Of a stretch of DNA of 64,000 nucleotides, positions 9,661-19,061 are shown in pieces (the stretch's first letter is position 1; the number at the start of each line of letters is the position of its first letter). Position numbers and translations under genes: made by a program. Origin of the DNA: Micrococcus sp. (GTDB lineage: Bacteria > Actinomycetota > Actinomycetes > Actinomycetales > Micrococcaceae); assembly GCF_034179925.1 (NCBI RefSeq), contig NZ_JAXFPG010000047.1, forward strand, positions 6,487 to 70,486, in the 5' to 3' direction. The notes beneath the pieces were generated by a model. That model was not told the DNA's origin and did no database searches. It saw nothing but the letters and a program-made list of their open reading frames with translations.

Positions 9661-9768
9661 CCCCGTCCCGGTCGCCCGACCCGTGGCATCGGTCACGTCA
9701 GCCGCTAGGTTCTGGGAGAGCACCGGCCCCGACACCGAGCCGGCCCCCGACACCGAGGAGGAACCACC

Positions 9769-11013
9769 ATGGCCGACCCGTTCCCGAACGACCCCGAAGG
9801 CCGCACCGTCGCGCTCGTGCTCGCCGGCGGCCGCGGCAGCCGCCTGGCCCCGCTCACGGACGCCCGCTCCAAGCCGGCGACCCCGCTGGCCGGTCAGTAC
9901 CGGCTGATCGACGTGGTCCTCTCCAACCTCGTGCACTCGGGCCTGGAGGACGTGTGGATCGTGGAGCAGTACCGCCCGTTCACCCTGAACCAGCACCTGG
10001 CCGGCGGCCGCCCCTGGGACCTGGACGGCACCCGCCACGGCCTGCGCCTGCTGCCCCCCGCCCAGGGCCGCACCGAGGAGGGCTTCGCGGAGGGCAACGG
10101 CCACGCGCTCGCCCAGCAGGTGCCGCTGCTGCGCGAGTTCGGCGCGGACACCGTGGTGGTGCTCTCGGCGGACCACCTCTACCAGCTGGACCTGCGGCCC
10201 GTGCTGGAGGGGCACCGGGCCTCGGGGGCCGAACTGACCATGGTCACCACGGTGACGGACGAGGACCCCTCGCGCTTCGGCGTCGTGCAGGTGGACGACG
10301 ACGGCGCCGTCACCGGCTACGACTACAAGCCCGAGGACCCGGAGGGCTCGCTGGTGGCCACCGAGATCTTCGTGTTCGACGTCGACGTGCTGGAGGACGT
10401 GGTGCAGGAGCTCGTGGCCCGGGAGGAGGGTCGACCGGAGGACGACGAGGAGACCGACGACGACGGCGACCCGGTGGCCAGCTCCCTCGGCGACTACGGG
10501 GAGACGATCATCCCGGCGTTCGTGGAGCGCGGGTCCGTGCGGGAGCACCGCCTCGAGGGGTACTGGCGGGACATCGGCACCCTGGACGCCTTCCACCGGG
10601 CGCACCGCGAGATCCTCGACGGCACCGGGCTGCGCCTGGACTCCCCCGGCTGGCCGCTGCTGACCAACCCGCGCCCGGCCCCACCCGCACGGATCGAGCA
10701 GACTGCCCGGATCTCCGGCTCGCTCGTGGGCGCCGGCACCCATGTGGCCGGGGAGGTCGAGGACTCGGTGCTCGGCCCCGGCGTGGTGGTGGAGGAGGGC
10801 GCCCGCGTGCGGAACTCCATCCTCTTCGGCGACGTGACGGTGCCCTCCGGCGCCCTTCTGGACACGGTGATCGCGGACGTGGGCGCGGTGATCCCCGAGG
10901 GGGAGACCGTCGGGTCCACGGAGTCCGCCGAGGACATCGTGGTGCTCGTGCCGGACGTCACCGACCCGGACGCCGACGACGAGACCACCGGCCAGGGCGT
11001 GCACCACGACTGA
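9769..11013 (+). CDS. glgC: Glucose-1-phosphate adenylyltransferase family protein
   Basis: LAGGRGSRL..LT..RSKPA, YRLID..LSN, LSADHLY, YWRDIGT and a C-terminal beta-helix. Confidence 0.8.
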   Translation: MADPFPNDPEGRTVALVLAGGRGSRLAPLTDARSKPATPLAGQYRLIDVVLSNLVHSGLEDVWIVEQYRPFTLNQHLAGGRPWDLDGTRHGLRLLPPAQGRTEEGFAEGNGHALAQQVPLLREFGADTVVVLSADHLYQLDLRPVLEGHRASGAELTMVTTVTDEDPSRFGVVQVDDDGAVTGYDYKPEDPEGSLVATEIFVFDVDVLEDVVQELVAREEGRPEDDEETDDDGDPVASSLGDYGETIIPAFVERGSVREHRLEGYWRDIGTLDAFHRAHREILDGTGLRLDSPGWPLLTNPRPAPPARIEQTARISGSLVGAGTHVAGEVEDSVLGPGVVVEEGARVRNSILFGDVTVPSGALLDTVIADVGAVIPEGETVGSTESAEDIVVLVPDVTDPDADDETTGQGVHHD

Positions 11014-11027
11014 CGGACCGCCCCGGC

Positions 11028-11098
11028 ACATCTGCTGCAGAAACGACCCCTATGGGCGCCTCGAGCAGCCTCAGAGGGGTCGTTTCTGCAGTGGATCT
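11028..11098. repeat. REP-like palindrome, family A copy 2
   Basis: CTGCAGAAACGACCCCT/AGGGGTCGTTTCTGCAG, perfect 17-bp stem. Confidence 0.82.
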
Positions 11099-11151
11099 AC
11101 GCCCGCCGCGCGTTGCCCGCCGCGCGCCACGCGCGGTGACACAATGACGCC

Positions 11152-12216
11152 GTGCCCGTCCCCTCCCCGCTGCCCCCGCGCCACGGCGTCAACGCCACCC
11201 GCCTGCGTCTGCCCACCGTCGGCCCCGGGGAGACCGTCCAGGGGCATGTCCTCCACCGCTTCGGCCACGTGGACCCGGACGGCATCCGCGAGCGCTTCGC
11301 CCGCGGGGAGGTGGTGGACCGGCACGGGCGCCCCATCCCGGCGGACACCCCGCTCGGCGTCCACGAGGACCTCTGGTACTACCGCGACGTCCCCCACGAG
11401 GCGCCCCTGCCGGTGCAGCACACGCTCCTGCACCGGGACGAGCACCTCGTGGTGATCCACAAGCCGCACTTCCTGCCCACCACCCCCGGCGGACGCTTCG
11501 TGCAGGAGACGGCGCTGGTGCGGCTGCGCAACGAGCTGGGCATCGACGACCTCGTCCCCCTGCACAGGCTGGACCGGGCGACGGCCGGCGTCGTGATGCT
11601 CTCCTGCGACCCGGCGACCCGCGGCGCCTACCACCTGCTGTTCGAGCGGCGTGCCGTCACCAAGCGCTACGAGGCCGTCTCCGCGCTCCCCGAGGGTGCC
11701 GATCCGCACGCCTGGCTGGGCCGCTTCCCCCTGACCGTGCGCAGCCGCATCCGCAAGGACAAGGGCGTGCTGCGCTCGATCACCGAGGACGTCCCCGTGG
11801 CCGCCTCCGGCCGACGCGCCGGGGACCGGGTCCGCACCCGCCGGTCCAACATCCCCCACACCGGGGCGAACGCGCAGACGCGGATCGAGGTGCTCGACGT
11901 CGGCCCCTCCGCCGGCACCCTCGCCGGGCGCACGGTGGTGCGGTTCGGGCTCTCCCCCGCCACCGGACGCACCCACCAGCTGCGGATCCACCTGGCCGCG
12001 CTCGGGGCGGGCATCGCGTTCGACCCCTTCTACCCGGACCTGCTGGATGCCGCCGACGACGACCTCTCCCGGCCCCTCCAGCTGCTCTCCCGCTCCCTCG
12101 AGTTCACGGACCCGGTGACCGGCGAGCACCACGTGTTCCGCTCCCCCGCGCAGCTGCAGGAGCGGCCCACGATCGCCGGAGCCGAGGCCACCGGTTCGGT
12201 ACCCTTGCAGGGCTGA
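11152..12216 (+). CDS. RluA-family pseudouridine synthase
   Basis: HKPHFLP, catalytic HRLDRATAGV and TGRTHQLRIH motifs. Confidence 0.88.
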   Translation: MPVPSPLPPRHGVNATRLRLPTVGPGETVQGHVLHRFGHVDPDGIRERFARGEVVDRHGRPIPADTPLGVHEDLWYYRDVPHEAPLPVQHTLLHRDEHLVVIHKPHFLPTTPGGRFVQETALVRLRNELGIDDLVPLHRLDRATAGVVMLSCDPATRGAYHLLFERRAVTKRYEAVSALPEGADPHAWLGRFPLTVRSRIRKDKGVLRSITEDVPVAASGRRAGDRVRTRRSNIPHTGANAQTRIEVLDVGPSAGTLAGRTVVRFGLSPATGRTHQLRIHLAALGAGIAFDPFYPDLLDAADDDLSRPLQLLSRSLEFTDPVTGEHHVFRSPAQLQERPTIAGAEATGSVPLQG

Positions 12217-12264
12217 GACCGCGCACCCGGCGGGTCCGGTCCCGACCGCAGGAGAGGGGAGCTC

Positions 12265-14226
12265 ATGACCACGACCTCCCACAACTCCTCCCCCGACGGC
12301 ACCCCGCCCCAGGGCCGTGAGGACGCCCGTCCCGACGCCGGCCCCACCCCCACCCGCCGCGCGCGCCCCCGCCGGGCGCTCGCCGCCCCCGGCCAGCTGC
12401 CCCCCGAGGCCATCGCCCGCCACACCCGGCTGCTGCGCGGCGAACCGGACACCCCCGAGGCGGCCGCACGTCACCGCCGGGACCTCAGCGACCTGCTCCA
12501 CCGGCTCTCGGGCGCGGCCGCCGGGCAGACCGCCGCCGCGGAGGAGGCCGCCCGCCGGGCCGAACGCGCCGCGGAACAGGAGCGCCGCCGCAAGGCCGCC
12601 CAGCTCGCCCGGCGCCGACGCCAGGAACTGCGCCGCCGCCGGCAGCAGGAGGCCGAGCGCCGCCGTCGTGAGGCCGCCGCCCAACGGGAGCGGGCCGCCG
12701 CCGAAGCCGAACGCCGCCGTGAGGCCGAGCGGGAACGCCGCCACCACGAGGCCGCAGTCGCCGCCGAACGGGCCCGGGTGCAGGCCGAGCGCCGCCGCCG
12801 CGAGGAGGAGGCCGCCGAGGCCGCCCGGCAGGCCCGCGCCCGGGAACGGGCGAGGATCGCCGCCGAACGGGCCGCCGCCGAGGCCGAGCGCCGCCGGATC
12901 GCCGCTGAGGCCGCCCGGACCGCAGCCGAGGCCCGCCGTCGCGTCCACGAGGCCGCCCGCCGATACCCCGCCCAGGCGGCCGAGCGGGCCCTCACCCTGG
13001 CCCGCCTGACCGAGGACCGACGTCGGGAGCAGGCGGCGCAGGAGGCCGCCGAGATCGAGCGCCGCTGGCAGGAACACCGCGCCCGGGAGACCCGGGCCCT
13101 GCTGCGCGCCGCCCGGGAGCTCGACGGGCCCGAAGTGGTCCCCGCCCCCCAGGACAGGCCCCTGCTCTCCACCCCCGAGGAGGACCTGAGCGACGACGCC
13201 CTGCTGGCCCGCGCCCGCGCCGCCCTGCCCGAGTGGAGGCGCCGGGACCGCCTGGCCACGAAGGCCGCCGCCGTGCAGGCCCTCTCCCGCAGGGGCCCGG
13301 CCTCCTCCGCCGCGGCCCGCCGCGCCCTGATCCCCGGCCATGCGGCCGAGGGCGGCGCCGCCGACCCCACCGGTCCGGCCACCGCCACCGACCGCCGCCG
13401 CCAGCTCGCCGTCACCGGTGCCTGGCTGCTGTTCACGCTCTCCAGCGCCTGGGGCCTCGGACTGTTCCGGTTCGTCCCCGGCCTGGACGCCCTGCACGCC
13501 GGCACCTACCGGGCCGCACAGGACGGCCGGTACGGGGCCACCACCACGGTCTTCTCCCTGTTCCCCACGGACCTGCTCGTGTGGCCGGTGCTGTGGGCGG
13601 CGCTCGCGGTGCACATGGTGCACCAGTGGCGGCCGGGCCAGGGCGGGGCGGCCCGTCAGCGCGCCACGGGACTGGACGTGGCCGGAGCCATGACGGCGCT
13701 GGCGCTGTGGTTCCCGCTGGCGATGCTCGTGCCGTGGGGGCTGGACGTGGTGGTCTGGCTGATGGCCCTGGCCCTGATGCTGCGCACGGTGCGCGTGCTC
13801 ACGGCCGTGCCGGCCGGGGACCGGCGCACGGCCACGGCGCAGGACGGCCCCGTGGGTGCCCTGTTCGCCGTGGTGCTCGTGGGCGCGCCCACGGTGCTGG
13901 CGGCCGTGTTCGCCGCCTGGGGTGTGGACCTGCCCTGGTTCCCGAGCGGCCTGGTGGCCACGGTGCTGCTGCTGGTGGTGCTCGCGGTGCTCCTGCGCGT
14001 GGTGCTCACCGGGCGCGGCTGGACGGCACCGGCCCTCACCGCCGCGTGGATGCTGTTGTGCCTGGCCCTGCCGCGGCTGCTGCCCGCCCCGCTGGGGGGT
14101 CGGCCGAGCGCGGCGGTGGGCCTGACGGCGGCCTTCGGTGCGCTGGCACTGCTGCTGGCCGTGGTGGTGCGCCGCTCGTGGATGCGCGAGGTGGAACGGG
14201 GCGCGGGGAACCTCAGCGGGCGTTGA
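12265..14226 (+). CDS. Membrane protein: long E/R/A-rich helical region fused to a TspO-like (tryptophan-rich sensory) TM domain
   Basis: About 150 aa of ERRRRE/AAE repeats, then 7-8 hydrophobic segments that loosely align by eye with the product of 59452..60393. Confidence 0.6.
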   Translation: MTTTSHNSSPDGTPPQGREDARPDAGPTPTRRARPRRALAAPGQLPPEAIARHTRLLRGEPDTPEAAARHRRDLSDLLHRLSGAAAGQTAAAEEAARRAERAAEQERRRKAAQLARRRRQELRRRRQQEAERRRREAAAQRERAAAEAERRREAERERRHHEAAVAAERARVQAERRRREEEAAEAARQARARERARIAAERAAAEAERRRIAAEAARTAAEARRRVHEAARRYPAQAAERALTLARLTEDRRREQAAQEAAEIERRWQEHRARETRALLRAARELDGPEVVPAPQDRPLLSTPEEDLSDDALLARARAALPEWRRRDRLATKAAAVQALSRRGPASSAAARRALIPGHAAEGGAADPTGPATATDRRRQLAVTGAWLLFTLSSAWGLGLFRFVPGLDALHAGTYRAAQDGRYGATTTVFSLFPTDLLVWPVLWAALAVHMVHQWRPGQGGAARQRATGLDVAGAMTALALWFPLAMLVPWGLDVVVWLMALALMLRTVRVLTAVPAGDRRTATAQDGPVGALFAVVLVGAPTVLAAVFAAWGVDLPWFPSGLVATVLLLVVLAVLLRVVLTGRGWTAPALTAAWMLLCLALPRLLPAPLGGRPSAAVGLTAAFGALALLLAVVVRRSWMREVERGAGNLSGR

Positions 14227-14533
14227 GGGGCACGGGCAGCCAGCGCCCGCCCTCACGGCGGAGCACATCGGTACGGCCCACCCCGGCGACGCCGGCCACC
14301 GCCTCCGCCATGCGGGCGGCCACACCGGCGGCCTCCTCGTCCTCGGCCCGGCGGTGGGAGGGAGGCACCGTGAAGCGCAGCACGATGCGTGGCACCCGTG
14401 CGACCACCTCGATGTCCTTCGCGGCCAGCTCGTGGGTGGCCTGCACGGCGGCCTCGGCGGTGTCCATGACCTCCTCCGGCCGGTGGCCGGGCAGCAGGTC
14501 TCCGATCTCCAGGCGGGCACGGTAGGAGGGCAT
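14213..14533 (-). CDS. Hypothetical protein (106 aa)
   Basis: MPSYRARLEIGDL... with GC3-rich codons; fills the gap between neighbours. Confidence 0.6.
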   Translation of the reverse strand: MPSYRARLEIGDLLPGHRPEEVMDTAEAAVQATHELAAKDIEVVARVPRIVLRFTVPPSHRRAEDEEAAGVAARMAEAVAGVAGVGRTDVLRREGGRWLPVPLNAR

Positions 14534-14605
14534 GGCGTCAGCGTAGCCGGGCTGAGCAGTCGTCTCCGGTGTGCCCCGGGGGCCGGCGTCGGTAAGAATG
14601 GGGGC

Positions 14606-15145
14606 ATGAGCGTGCGCACCCCCGACCCCAATCCGGGATGGCTGTCCGAGGAGGACCTCTACGAGGCCCGGCGTCGGCTGCCGATGGTCTATGTGGAGGC
14701 GCTGCCGGTGCGGCTGGATGCCCTCGGCTACGTCTCCGAGATCGGCCTGCTCTACGTGGCGGACGAGGCCGGCCGCTTCCAGCGGACGTTCGTCTCCGGC
14801 CGCGTGCTGTACCGGGAGACCATCCGGGCGGCCCTGATGCGGAACCTGGAGAAGGATCTCGGCCCGCTCGCGTTCCCGCAGCTGCCGCCGTCGATCGTGC
14901 CGTGCGCGGTGGCCGAGTACTTCCCCGCGCCGTCGGAGACGGGCCTCACGGACGAGCGCCAGCACGCCGTCTCCCTGCTGTACGTGGTGCCGGTGACCGG
15001 CGAGTGCAGCCCCCGCCAGGACGCGCTCGAGCTGACCTGGCTCACCCCGGAGGAGGCTCTGGGCCAGGGCGTGCAGGACGAGTTCATCGGCGGCCGAGGG
15101 AACCTGGTGCGCCAGGCTCTGGCCCATGTGGGATGGGGGCGCTGA
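14606..15145 (+). CDS. NUDIX-like hydrolase (DUF4916-type)
   Basis: MSVRTPDPNPGWLS, VSGRVLYRETIRAALMRNLEKDLG and DERQHAVSL. Confidence 0.7.
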   Translation: MSVRTPDPNPGWLSEEDLYEARRRLPMVYVEALPVRLDALGYVSEIGLLYVADEAGRFQRTFVSGRVLYRETIRAALMRNLEKDLGPLAFPQLPPSIVPCAVAEYFPAPSETGLTDERQHAVSLLYVVPVTGECSPRQDALELTWLTPEEALGQGVQDEFIGGRGNLVRQALAHVGWGR

Positions 15146-15146
15146 C

Positions 15147-16034
15147 ATGGCCGGCATCGGTGGATACCTGCGGCACCTGAAGGCCCAGGAGGTGCAGCCC
15201 GGGGACTCGTTCCTCACCCGGCGCGGCGAGGACGCCCCGCCTGTGGCCCGCACCCGCGTGGTGCGGGACGACTTCGGCACTCCCGCGGTGGTGGTGGCCA
15301 CCCTCGAGGGCGGCCGGGACGTCCGCATCGCCTACGGCTCCGTGATCCGGGTGCGCACGGACCGCCCCGAGCCGGTCTCCGCGGCCCCGGACACCACGTT
15401 CTCCCCCGTGGACGCCGGCTCCCCCGAGGCCCGCGTGGTGGCCGTGGGCCAGCGTCACCTGGACGATCTCGAGCTCACGACGACGGCCGCGCGCCTCTCG
15501 CACGGGCTCAACCTGCGCTCCGGGTCCCAGCTGGAGGACCTCTACGGCATGGCCGAGCGCATGTACCTGCTCCACGAGGACACCGAGGGCACCCTCTCCA
15601 CGCTGGGCCTGCTGACCAACCTGCCCTGGGACGGGGCCGTGGGCCGTTGGAAGTCCATCCAGGCGGCGCTCGGGCTGGCCGCGCAGATCCTCCGCGAGGA
15701 GGGCGATCACATCACCGCCGCGAACCTCGGCTCCCGGCTCAAGGAGGCCGACGAGGTCCCCTCCGAGCCGGGCCGGGCCGCGCGCGTGCTGGAGGTGCGC
15801 CAGCGGCAGCTGGACGAGCCGCAGCTCTATGAGCGGGAGATCTCGCGGGCGTTGCAGGCCCGGGATGTGCCGGCCGAGTACCGCTGGCGCCGGGCCCGGT
15901 TCGAGCAGCTGCTGTACCTGCGTGGCCGCGGCGGCTCCCAGACGCTCACGGACGCGGATCTGGACTCGCGGATCGCCCGGGAGCTGGGGACGCTGCGTCA
16001 GCTGGCCCGGACCCTGGACGCGGCCGCCTCCTGA
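15147..16034 (+). CDS. Conserved hypothetical protein (DUF6707-like)
   Basis: Long GC3-biased ORF coupled to the upstream gene; family assignment from memory of similar actinobacterial proteins. Confidence 0.55.
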   Translation: MAGIGGYLRHLKAQEVQPGDSFLTRRGEDAPPVARTRVVRDDFGTPAVVVATLEGGRDVRIAYGSVIRVRTDRPEPVSAAPDTTFSPVDAGSPEARVVAVGQRHLDDLELTTTAARLSHGLNLRSGSQLEDLYGMAERMYLLHEDTEGTLSTLGLLTNLPWDGAVGRWKSIQAALGLAAQILREEGDHITAANLGSRLKEADEVPSEPGRAARVLEVRQRQLDEPQLYEREISRALQARDVPAEYRWRRARFEQLLYLRGRGGSQTLTDADLDSRIARELGTLRQLARTLDAAAS

Positions 16035-17157
16035 GGCCCCGCAGGCCCCTCACTCGGCGCGCCACGCTGCCGGAGGCGAGGGCGGGGTCGCGGGCCGGGT
16101 CCGGGGAGCGGCGCACCCAGCGGCGCCACGCCCACGGGTAGAGCACGCACACGATGCCCACGATCGCGCCGATCACCGTCTCCACGGCGCGGTCGCGCAG
16201 GGAGGCGTGGGCACCGGCGTCGGCCAGGCTCTGTGCGCCGCCCACGGTGACGCCCACCAGCAGGGTGGAGAGCAGGGCCAGCGGCGTCACCACCGTCTGC
16301 GCGATCACGTACTGCCGGGCGATGTAGACCTCCGCGAGCACCTGCAGCACCGCCACGATCAGCACCACCGCCAGCACCGGCGGATCCAGCCACACGATGA
16401 CCGCGGTGAGTCCGAGCCCCAGGAATGTGCCGATGATGCGCTGCAGGCCACGGTTCACCCGGTAGCGGGTGGAGTGCCCCACGAGGGGGACGACGGCGGC
16501 CACCATCGCCCAGTAGTTGTGGTGCACCCCGCGCGGGGCGGCCAGAAGGGTGGCCAGCGCCCCGGCGGCGCCGGCGGCGATCACGTACCACATGGCCTCC
16601 AGCAGGATCAGGCGACACCGGGCCCGGTCGGGGTGGTCCGACGGCGGCCGGGCCAGCGGAGAGCGCCGGCTCGGCACGGCACGGGAGGACAGGCCCATGG
16701 CCATCGCCCAGACGACCACGGCGGCCGCGGTGAGCATGCCCTCCACGGGTGGGGGCTTGACCGGCACGGAGGAAACGGCCGCGAAGGCGAAGATGTGGAA
16801 CAGGGAACCGGCCGGGCGCAGGTTCCACATGCCGGTGACCACGCTGGCGGCCCCGGCCACCACGGTGGTGCAGGCCACGAGCGTCCATGGGGCGGCGTCT
16901 TCGGAGATGCCGAGCTCCCCGGCGAGCGTGGCCGCGGCCAGCACCACGAGCATGAGCGCTCCCGCCCGCGCCTGGGTGCGCAGGCGGACGCTGTGGGGTT
17001 CACCCCGGCCGTAGATCCCCGTGAAGGCCGCGAAGATCACGTAGATCGCCAGGTCCATGCGTTCGGCTGCGAGCAGGAGCAGCAGCGGGGCCAGGATGGT
17101 GACCCCCACGCGCAACCCGACCTCATGGCCCCCGTCCGCAGGGCCGATGGTGAACAT
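15946..17157 (-). CDS. FUSC-family membrane protein
   Basis: Repeated TM blocks, HNYWAMVAAVVPL and RGLQRIIGTFLGL FUSC-like motifs. Confidence 0.78.
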   Translation of the reverse strand: MFTIGPADGGHEVGLRVGVTILAPLLLLLAAERMDLAIYVIFAAFTGIYGRGEPHSVRLRTQARAGALMLVVLAAATLAGELGISEDAAPWTLVACTTVVAGAASVVTGMWNLRPAGSLFHIFAFAAVSSVPVKPPPVEGMLTAAAVVVWAMAMGLSSRAVPSRRSPLARPPSDHPDRARCRLILLEAMWYVIAAGAAGALATLLAAPRGVHHNYWAMVAAVVPLVGHSTRYRVNRGLQRIIGTFLGLGLTAVIVWLDPPVLAVVLIVAVLQVLAEVYIARQYVIAQTVVTPLALLSTLLVGVTVGGAQSLADAGAHASLRDRAVETVIGAIVGIVCVLYPWAWRRWVRRSPDPARDPALASGSVARRVRGLRGLRRRPRPGSGPADAASPAPGRSASPDPRP

Positions 17158-17315
17158 GGCGGGGAACGGGTTCACATCGGACAGACGCACGGGGCGGGGC
17201 TCCCTTCGGAGACGGCGGAGCGGTGGGCGGAGCGGCATCCCATTCTCCCCTGGCCCGGCCCCGCCCACGGAACGGGGGTGTGGCGCATCCGACACCGGCC
17301 TCTAGTCTGTGGGGC

Positions 17316-18152
17316 ATGATCACGCCCGACGCCGCCCCCGGGACGCCCTCCCGCCCCTTCCTCCTGGTCCAGACCCGGCCCGAGGACGACGCCGCCCTCG
17401 CCGAGCTCGAGGCCCTGCGCCGGCTCGGCGGGTTCACCGAGGCCGAGCTGCGTGTGTTGCGCCTGGACCGCGCCGTGGATCGCCACCGCGCCGACCGCCC
17501 CGCGGACGGCGGCCCTGCCCACCGGCCCGCCCGTGACGCCGAGGGGCGCGTGGACTGGGAGGCCGAGCTGGCCGACGTCGCCGGGGTGATCCTGCCCGGC
17601 AGCCCGTTCACTGGATCGGACCCGGAGGAGTCCAAGACTGCCGTGCAGCGGGGCGTGGAAGCCGAGCTGATGCGGATGCTGGACGCCGTCGCGGACGGCG
17701 AGGTGCCGTTCCTGGGGTGCTGCTACGGCGTCGGGACGCTGGGCCGCCACGCCGGCGGCGTCGTGGACACCACCTACCGGGAGCTGCCCGGGGCGATCGA
17801 CGTGACCCTCACCGACGACGGCGCCGCAGACCCGCTCCTGGCGGGCCTGCCGTCCACCTTCGCCGCCTATGTGAGCCACAAGGAGGCCGTGCGCGACCTG
17901 CCCCCGGGGGCGGTGCTGCTGGCCACCGGCGAAGCCTGCCCTGTGCAGATGTTCCGGGTGGGCCGCCACCGCTACGCCACCCAGTTCCACCCCGAACTGG
18001 ACCAGGACGGGCTGATCGAGCGGCTGAGGATCTACGCCCACCACGGCTACTTCCCGGAGGGCGAGGCCGAGGCCACGTTCGCCGTCATCCGCTCCCGCGA
18101 CACCCCCCTGGCCCGGCGGATCCTGGAGAACTTCCGCACCCTGTTCGGCTGA
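17316..18152 (+). CDS. Class I glutamine amidotransferase (GMP-synthase-like)
   Basis: FLGCCYG nucleophile elbow and QFHPE; TAGTCT 7 nt before the ATG. Confidence 0.85.
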   Translation: MITPDAAPGTPSRPFLLVQTRPEDDAALAELEALRRLGGFTEAELRVLRLDRAVDRHRADRPADGGPAHRPARDAEGRVDWEAELADVAGVILPGSPFTGSDPEESKTAVQRGVEAELMRMLDAVADGEVPFLGCCYGVGTLGRHAGGVVDTTYRELPGAIDVTLTDDGAADPLLAGLPSTFAAYVSHKEAVRDLPPGAVLLATGEACPVQMFRVGRHRYATQFHPELDQDGLIERLRIYAHHGYFPEGEAEATFAVIRSRDTPLARRILENFRTLFG

Positions 18153-18198
18153 GCGGTGAGCGAGTCAACACTGGAGCGCACGGGAGGAGACGAGACTC

Positions 18199-18909
18199 TT
18201 GCGCATCTGTTACCTGGACGAGTCGGAGCAGCAGCAGGACGGCATCTATTACGTCGGTTGCCTGGTGGTGGACGCCGAGCAGGTGCGGGCGATCGATCGC
18301 AACCTGGACCAGCTGCATGAGCAGCTGCTGGCGGATCACCCAAACGATGTACCCGATGAACTCGAGTTCCACGGCCATGCCATGTTCCAGGGCGACGAGG
18401 GCTGGTCCGGTCTGGCCCCAGGAATCCGTGCATGGGCCAGTCAGAAGGTTGTCGAGCTCATCTGCAGCCACTCGCCCTGGTTCGGGCTGCAGGGCGTGAA
18501 AACCGAAGGACTGCGCCGACGCCCTGGCTGGGAGGATCGCGAACCCCACCTTGTGGTGTCCAGTCAGCTTCTCAACCGGGTCCACCGACGCCGGAGGCTG
18601 GTCTCAGGAGGCCTGCTGGTGATCGCAGATGACCATCACCTTCGAGAGGACAGCCGCCTGGCCCATCGGCGCATGCGCTCAGAATCAGTGCAGGGCCTGA
18701 CGGACGGCCAGTTGGCCGACCTCCTGGACACGATCTACTTCGGTCCGTCCAACCGGAGCCGGCTCCTCCAGGCGGTCGACGTGCTGACCTACTTCGAACA
18801 ACGTCGGCGGCACGTCCAGGAGATACATCCAGAAGCGAGGCGTCGCATGAAGAACATCGGGACCTCACTGGACACCGTGCTTGCGCACTCCTATGTGTGG
18901 GAACCCTGA
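18199..18909 (+). CDS. DUF3800 domain protein (predicted RNase H-like fold)
   Basis: N-terminal YLDES, ELEFHG, LVIADD and C-terminal SRLLQAVDVLTY match the DUF3800 pattern; TTG start with RBS GGAGGAG; more A/T-ending codons than neighbours. Confidence 0.78.
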   Translation: MRICYLDESEQQQDGIYYVGCLVVDAEQVRAIDRNLDQLHEQLLADHPNDVPDELEFHGHAMFQGDEGWSGLAPGIRAWASQKVVELICSHSPWFGLQGVKTEGLRRRPGWEDREPHLVVSSQLLNRVHRRRRLVSGGLLVIADDHHLREDSRLAHRRMRSESVQGLTDGQLADLLDTIYFGPSNRSRLLQAVDVLTYFEQRRRHVQEIHPEARRRMKNIGTSLDTVLAHSYVWEP

Positions 18910-18914
18910 TCCGG

Positions 18915-18982
18915 ACACACGAAACCCCCGCACGGCGGCGGGGGTTCGGTTGGACGGAAGACGCTCTGGAGCGCGTCCCGTC
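18915..18982 (-). ncRNA. Candidate DUF3800-associated small RNA, convergent to the DUF3800 gene
   Basis: Minus-strand TAGAAT (18988-18993) sits 5-6 nt before hairpin 1 (18953-18982); hairpin 2 (18923-18946) is followed by TTCGTGTGT on the minus strand (terminator-like). Confidence 0.6.
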
Positions 18983-19061
18983 CTGCCATTCTAGCGGCGG
19001 ATGAGCACTTCGGTCCAGGGGCCGGGGATATTGCCACAAGCGGGGCGATACCCTGGACGGC

